Shown here piece by piece: positions 58,185 to 64,000 of a DNA stretch of 64,000 nucleotides. Position 1 is the stretch's first letter, and each line of letters starts with the position of its first letter. The translations under genes and the position numbers were made by a program. The notes beneath the pieces were generated by a model. It had not been told where the DNA came from. It was given only the letters and a program-made list of their open reading frames with translations, and did no database searches. Source of the stretch: Elsinoe ampelina (Eukaryota); NCBI GenBank assembly GCA_010093995.1, contig ML992503.1, positions 549,234-613,233 on the forward strand, given 5' to 3'.

Positions 58185-58689
58185 ATAGCACGTACTAAGA
58201 ATTGTCCTTAAGCTACTACTAGTCCTAGAGAAAGAGGTTATAAAGGGAAGTAATCTACTATAAAGAAGATACTATAATCCGGGGCTAAGCCTAGAAAGAA
58301 GTATAGATATAAGCCTAGTAGTAATTATTATAGTCTTTAATTATAGTATAGAACTAATAGAAGCTAGCTATCGCTCTCCGAGAGATTTATCACTACTAGA
58401 AAGAGGTTACTTTATTATTCCGTAAGCTTCTCTTTTCTTGCCTTATCTATAAGATTACTTAGGACTTTAAGTCTAACCTCCGCTTCTAGACTAGTATAAT
58501 TAGAGCTCTCTAGGAATTAGTAGAGGCATTTATTATTAAATATATAGAAGGTATATACTTATCTAATATATATTAAATTCTCTATTAACACTATATATAG
58601 ATATAAACCTTAATACTATCTATACTAAGTATATTACTATCTAGGCTAAGGACTCTAGCCTTGCTAAGCGCTACTATAAGAAGTTCTAG
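58185..58689 (+). pseudogene. RIP-inactivated histone H3-like gene (hAT passenger); introns 58321-58367 and 58551-58600
   Basis: Reads (M)ARTK...RYKP(G)TIALREI..Y(Q)K...LLFRKL(P)F...I(AQ)DFKS(D)LRF(Q)...AL(Q)E.VEAF...ED(T)NL..I(HA)K(RV)TI(Q)AKD, colinear with canonical H3 numbering 1-129. The 3' end is uncertain. Confidence 0.92.
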
Positions 58690-59014
58690 GTTAGTAATAC
58701 ATTAAGGGTTAGAGCTTTAGGTAGTACTTTATACTAGGGGAATAGTATAGAGAGAGTAATAAATTTCTTTACTATAATAATACAATATAATAATACTTTA
58801 ATCCTTTCTGTTTATTATATACTTTAAAGATTAGAATTGAAAATATTAGTTATAATTAATATTTATAATTATATAGGGGCTACTAGTACGTTTTAAAATG
58901 CCTTATATAAAGTAATAGTAGAGAAGACTTTCTAATAGTCTAAAAACAAATCTATTATTTAAAATTGTATAGCTAAATAAGTATAATATTATAAACACCT
59001 ACACTATCTATAAT

Positions 59015-61414
59015 ACTATATAACCTCTACTCTACTATAGTAGACTCTAACGATCTAATTAATCTACAACTGTGTCTTCTATTAACTCTATTAGTTATAG
59101 TAATCCTTATCCCTTAAGATTTACTTAACTATCGTTTTACTATATAATAACGTAATAAGGGTAGTTAGCCTATATAACGGCATCTTCTAAAGTATCTAAC
59201 GCTTAATCCCTTAGTACGTTCTAACGAATAAATAGACCTCTAAAGCTTCTTAACGTAGTAGAACTTAACACTTTAGGTATCTCGCTATAGTTACTTTAAG
59301 GAGTTCTATATGCTATACTAGAACTTAAAACTAAGAACTAGACAAGTATAGGGATATTTTAGAGAAGCTATATAGGTATTAGATAGCCGTCTATACGTTT
59401 ACTACCTATAGTGTAGTAATGCTCTTACCTACCCCGTGCTAGAAAAGAATAGTACTAATGTAATAAGCAAATATAGAGAGTTAAATTTTTGTAGGAAAGT
59501 AACAAGACTAGTCTATAAGGGAGCACTAGTACTCCGAGCACTTATATAACTTCGAGCTTATCTAGTAATTAATTAGAAAAACGTTCTATTATATTTAGTT
59601 ACTCGCTTCTAATTAGAGCTTATTCGAACAGTTGTTAACTATAATTAGTCCTTCTACACTATTAAGTGACTATTATTTTAACAGTTTATATAGTTCTTAC
59701 ACCCGGAAGTACTTATACTAAGCCGTAGTTATTTCGCTACACTCTTTGTTAACGAATTTAAGACTCTCTATAAAAGCTTATTATAGAATCTTAATAAGAC
59801 TATAAAGATTTTAATTGCACTTAATAGCTAGTCTGCTAATAACTACTTAGGCTTTATTATAATTAAAGCTTATTATATTAACGACTAATAGTAGCTCTAG
59901 GAACAACTATTAGATATAGTACTACTTCGCGGTTAATATATAGGGCAGAATATAGCTACTAAGCTTATATAGGTACTCTAGTAGTATAATCTCTAGGACC
60001 GGCTTCTAGCAATTACTACGGACAATGTAAGTAACAATTATACGTTGCGTAAGACTATATATAAGCTTCTAAGATAGATAGGTATTATATAGAACTCGTA
60101 AGAGAATACTATTCTATGCCTTACATATATTATTAACCTAGTTATATAAGACATTATTAAGCACCTTAACCTTTAGACTACTAAGGAAGAAGAGTAGGCT
60201 ACTAGGCTTAAAAGATAGCACTTAAAAGACATCTCTACTAAACTCTTAGAACTAAACTCGCTTCGGAAGGTTAGCTTTCTAATTACAGTTTCTAATTATA
60301 GTCTAATAAATTGCTAGCTTTATATAACTTATATTACTATCGATCGATTATCTTAATAGTTTAAGAGGTTTATTAACCTCTAATAAACTATAACGCCTCG
60401 AGAGTGTAAGGTTATTATTTAAGATATTAAGACGTAGTAGAACTTAACCTTCGATATATATAAGTATAGTCTTAAGCTTAGGCTATTTATCGATAAATAG
60501 CTTAAGTAGAAAATTGTACTAAAAGGCTCTACTAGTGCTAGATCTAACTTAGTTAGTAATGACACTAGTAATCTAGACTATAAGGATCTTAAGCGTCTTT
60601 ATCTTAATAGTATAGAATAGAATTACCTTAAGCTAGTCATAAAAATGCTTAAGAACTTTAAGGAAGTAACTACCTCTCTAAGTACTATTAGCTGCCTATA
60701 GATCTTATATATCTAGATAATGTATAATTAACTATTTAACTTTCTTAATATAATTAAGAATAGTGTTATAGGCGAGGAGAAGGATAATAAGGAGCGTTAG
60801 CCTATAGTAGTTAGAAGAGTAGCGTAACGTAGTTAAGATAAACTATTAAAGTACTATTCTTACACTAATAATAAGAGGGGTTACTTCTTTAATTATAGTA
60901 CTATTCTCGACCCTTTATAAAAGCTAACTCCTTACGAGGTTTATAGCTTATAGATATATTATTATAGTAAAGCTAATAGTAATATAGAACAAGACCTAGG
61001 CTAAAACTAATAAGGGGAAGTATTACGAGTAGTTCCTTAACTACCTTAGTTATTATAATAGTAAATCACTATTAAGTTAACCTAAAACTCTTAATGCTAT
61101 AATCTTGTCTAATAATAAAGAGAATTAGTTCTGTTAACCTCGGGTACCTATATAGATTACCTCTCTATAGACTAGCTTTAGCTTCTAATCTAGTGTAGGG
61201 TCTATATCTCTAGAATAAGAGAAGGAGAAACGAACTATATATTAAGAGAGTAAGAATTACCTTAGTATCCCTCCTGTCCGAATTTAACTAGGGACTAAAT
61301 TTAAGTTGCTTAATTAGTAGAAGACTAATAAGAAGAAGTTCCTATAGCTTACTAAAGTCGCTTATAATATTCTTACTATACTAATAGCTAGTATAGGCAT
61401 TAAACGCGTCTTTA
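59015..61414 (+). pseudogene. hAT transposase, RIP-inactivated and interrupted in the dimerization domain
   Basis: De-RIPed BED finger (VWGYF..C..C..H), ALDGWS (~59815), ITTDNASNN (~60012), IPCLAHIINLV (~60111), DVKTRWNSTFDM (~60423), FP.LAKVA.DIL.IP.ASVGIERVF (~61340-61413). Start approximate. Confidence 0.9.
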
Positions 61415-64000
61415 CGTTACGAAATCTCTAACGCTAGAGAGCTACGTTAGACTACTTCTAAGTAACTAACTTAGTTTAACTTAGTTTAATGTAATCCCCT
61501 AGTTACCTCTAGGTTCTACTTAGAAGTAATATAGTTTTTCCCCGTAGAAATCTAAAAACCTCTAATGCGTAGTAAATAGAGATAGCTTAATAGTAGATAG
61601 CATACTACGTATATCTCTTATCTTAGTTTAAGCATTTCTTAGTTCGCGAAGTAATTAGTTCGTGTCTACTCTATAAGCTTAATAATATTAATTATAGAAA
61701 TATTCTATTATATAGCTTACCTTATAGTATATATTATATATGTCTATATATTATATAGACCTTGTAATTCGTCTACTACGTCTAGAAAATTATATAAGGT
61801 CGCTAGAATATATATATTGCTTTATGTTCTACCTAATACTACTCTTAATAACGATATATATACTATCTTCTTATAATTCTATATCCTTATCTCTTAGTTC
61901 TATAAAAGCATCTCTATCTAGTAGATGTCTATTCTCCTTAATGTCTAAGATACTACTACTATGCTTTAGGCCAATTCGGTACTATAAGACTAGTTTACGT
62001 AGTAGGCCTTTAAACTTCTTACGTGTAAAGGACAAAAAGTTTATCTACGTCCGTGTACCTAAGAAATCCTTCTACTATACCTTAACTACTAGTAAATCGC
62101 TATTAAGTTGTCTGTCTTAGGACAGTATAGCACGCGTATAATTAAGTAGCCCGGGTAGATATTGCTATTAAGTCTATTAATCCTTATATATACTAACTGC
62201 GACCTAACTTAGTTTAGTAGTAGTTAAAGTTATAACGAGGTTACTGTCTATATTAGGCATCTACGCTAGCTATGCTTCTATCGTAGGAGTCGCTATAGAG
62301 CGATTTAGTACTTTGCTTCTACACGCGAACTAAGTAGTACCTTAATACGCTATAATAGAGCGTTTAGCCTTAATTAGACACTCTTCTTAATCTATTAGTA
62401 TTAAACTTAAGAAGCTAATAGGAGAATTAAGCTTACCTCTTAAAAGGTGCTTAGTAGAAGTATTTCGTACTAGTACTATATAATAGCTATTACCTCCGCT
62501 ATTAGGCTTATTATTATATACCTAACTTCTCTATAAGTTAGTTCGAAGTTAGGTAGGCTAAACTAAAACGAGAAGGTATATATATACCTTTCCCTTGTAT
62601 CTTCTCTATCTAATAGTCTCTCTATAGTATTAGCATAAAGAGATATATTTAACACTACTACTACGATAGTAAGTCTATTTCTCTCGACGTACTTAGTAAA
62701 GCTAAGTTTTAGCTAACGAAGAATAAGAACCTATCTTAGGCTAATCTACGCTAGAAAGTTATTCTAAATACTTAGTTAGACATAATTAAGTTCTAAAGGT
62801 TCTATATGTTTAAATACTAGCGTTTCCTTAGGTAAGTAGAACTTAACCCCGTTTGCTTACTTAACTAAGAGTATATAAATTATTACTAGGAGGGAGGAAA
62901 TAAGAAAGAGTATTAGTTTGTTAAAGTAATAGCGAGTGCTAGCTATTATAGCTAAGCCTACACGTCCGATAAAGGCTACTTAGAAGGCTTTATATATTAA
63001 AGAACTCCTAAAGTATTTACGCTACTATATATAAGTAATTAATTAATAAGTACATCTAGCGCGTACTAAATCGCCGTCCTTATATTAGTACTTTCTTTTC
63101 TCTAGTAGCCTACGTGCCTAATTTAGTAGCTCGCTATCCTCTAGCCCCTTAGCTAGCTATTCGTAGTAGAGTATCTTACTTACTATTTATGTAATGTTAT
63201 TATAACTATAGTAGAGCGCCTCTCGGAGCTATATGTATATTAATAAGTAATTAGCTTTAGCTACGTAACTTACCTTACTAGCTATAACTACGGAAGAGTA
63301 TTTACCTATAGTTCTCTATAGATAAAGTACTAGTAGCTAGTTACGGACTAAGCGCTAGTACTATATAATTTATAGAAGTAGCTATTAATTGTCTAATGTT
63401 AGTAATATTATATTATAATCTACTTCGATAGCTATACTTATATATAGATTGTTATATACTGCCTTAAAAATATTAAGATACTAGTTTAGTACGTTCTATT
63501 GCCTTTACTTTACTATCTTAACTAGTATAGAGGCTAATATTAGGCTATTCTCGTTAGGTTATAGCTCTCTTAAACTTAGATCGAGAGTAGTAATGTCTAA
63601 TTTATACCTTCTCCTTTGTCTTTAATGTTATATTTATAGCCTACGTAGTTAGCTTAGTCTCCCTTAATACTAAAGCCTTACTCTGCTTTATCCTAGTCGA
63701 AATAACCTAAATTATTATCTTCGGAATACTTATTAGTCTTATAGTCCGAGCTATATAGGCACTAACATGCCTAAGACATCTTAGTTTATAATAGTTCTAA
63801 TAAAGAGATATATAGGTATAAGAGAGTTAGTAAGGCAGGCCGGAATAATACATACTATAAGGGGGATAGATAGTTATCTTATATGCGTTATAGTAATTTA
63901 GTATTAGTTTAAGTTAGATAATAGCTTAGTTAGGTATTTAGAGTACGCAACTTTCTTCTAATTAGAATTAGTTATATCTGCCTATACCCTAAGGTAATCT
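61415..64000. mobile_element. Unclassified RIP-degraded insertion (possibly LTR-type) that truncates the hAT transposase; runs off the right edge
   Basis: Transposase similarity stops right after ERVF. The new sequence starts (C/T)GTTACGAA, similar to the Gypsy LTR start. No RT or integrase motif recognised in this part. Confidence 0.45.

Larger units (their letters stand above)
56268..61414 (+). mobile_element. hAT DNA transposon carrying passenger genes, RIP-inactivated; right end interrupted
   Basis: Left end TAGAGTAGAGTAG with 5-bp subterminal repeats in both orientations (56268-56440). hAT transposase downstream. Left boundary approximate because the matching TIR/TSD is not in the window. 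Confidence 0.8.

Noticed and set aside
58185..58689. Functional host H3 or centromeric CenH3 gene
   Set aside because: The start codon is ATA and there are multiple in-frame RIP stops. It has no loop-1 insertion or long tail as in CenH3, and it sits inside a transposon.
61740..62120. 126-aa plus-strand ORF in the AT-rich region
   Set aside because: I/L/Y/S-rich composition is typical of chance ORFs in RIPed DNA; the coding-like frame is on the opposite strand.

Overview
Filamentous ascomycete (Pezizomycotina) genomic DNA. It has short introns with CTRAC branch points and AT/TpA-rich blocks degraded by repeat-induced point mutation (RIP). A ~45-kb block of about 15 mostly housekeeping genes runs from ~1.4 to 45.9 kb: ROG1-like lipase, BPL1, COA4, MGM101, a YOP1/REEP-family gene, UTP17, RPB10, TOM6, an ECM13-like gene, a RING-H2 membrane E3 ligase, AP-2 alpha, a Crd2-like metallothionein, a large S/P-rich protein, BRR6/BRL1 and ARP6. 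The block is interrupted by two different RIP-inactivated PIF/Harbinger transposons and a small RIP relic containing a solo LTR. It is bracketed by two inverted, outward-facing copies of the same Copia retrotransposon. The right-hand Copia opens an 18-kb nested TE stack: a chromoviral Gypsy, a foldback hAT MITE in the Gypsy LTR, a hAT transposon, and an unclassified insertion. The most interesting object is that hAT. Besides its transposase it carries a spliced histone H3-like gene whose tail is exactly canonical length but lacks K9, K14, K18, K23 and K36; RIP cannot cause these losses. The H3-like gene is transcribed divergently, across a palindromic spacer, from an unknown spliced gene with an acidic tail. 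All TE proteins were read by manually reverting RIP (C>T/G>A) and no database searches were run.
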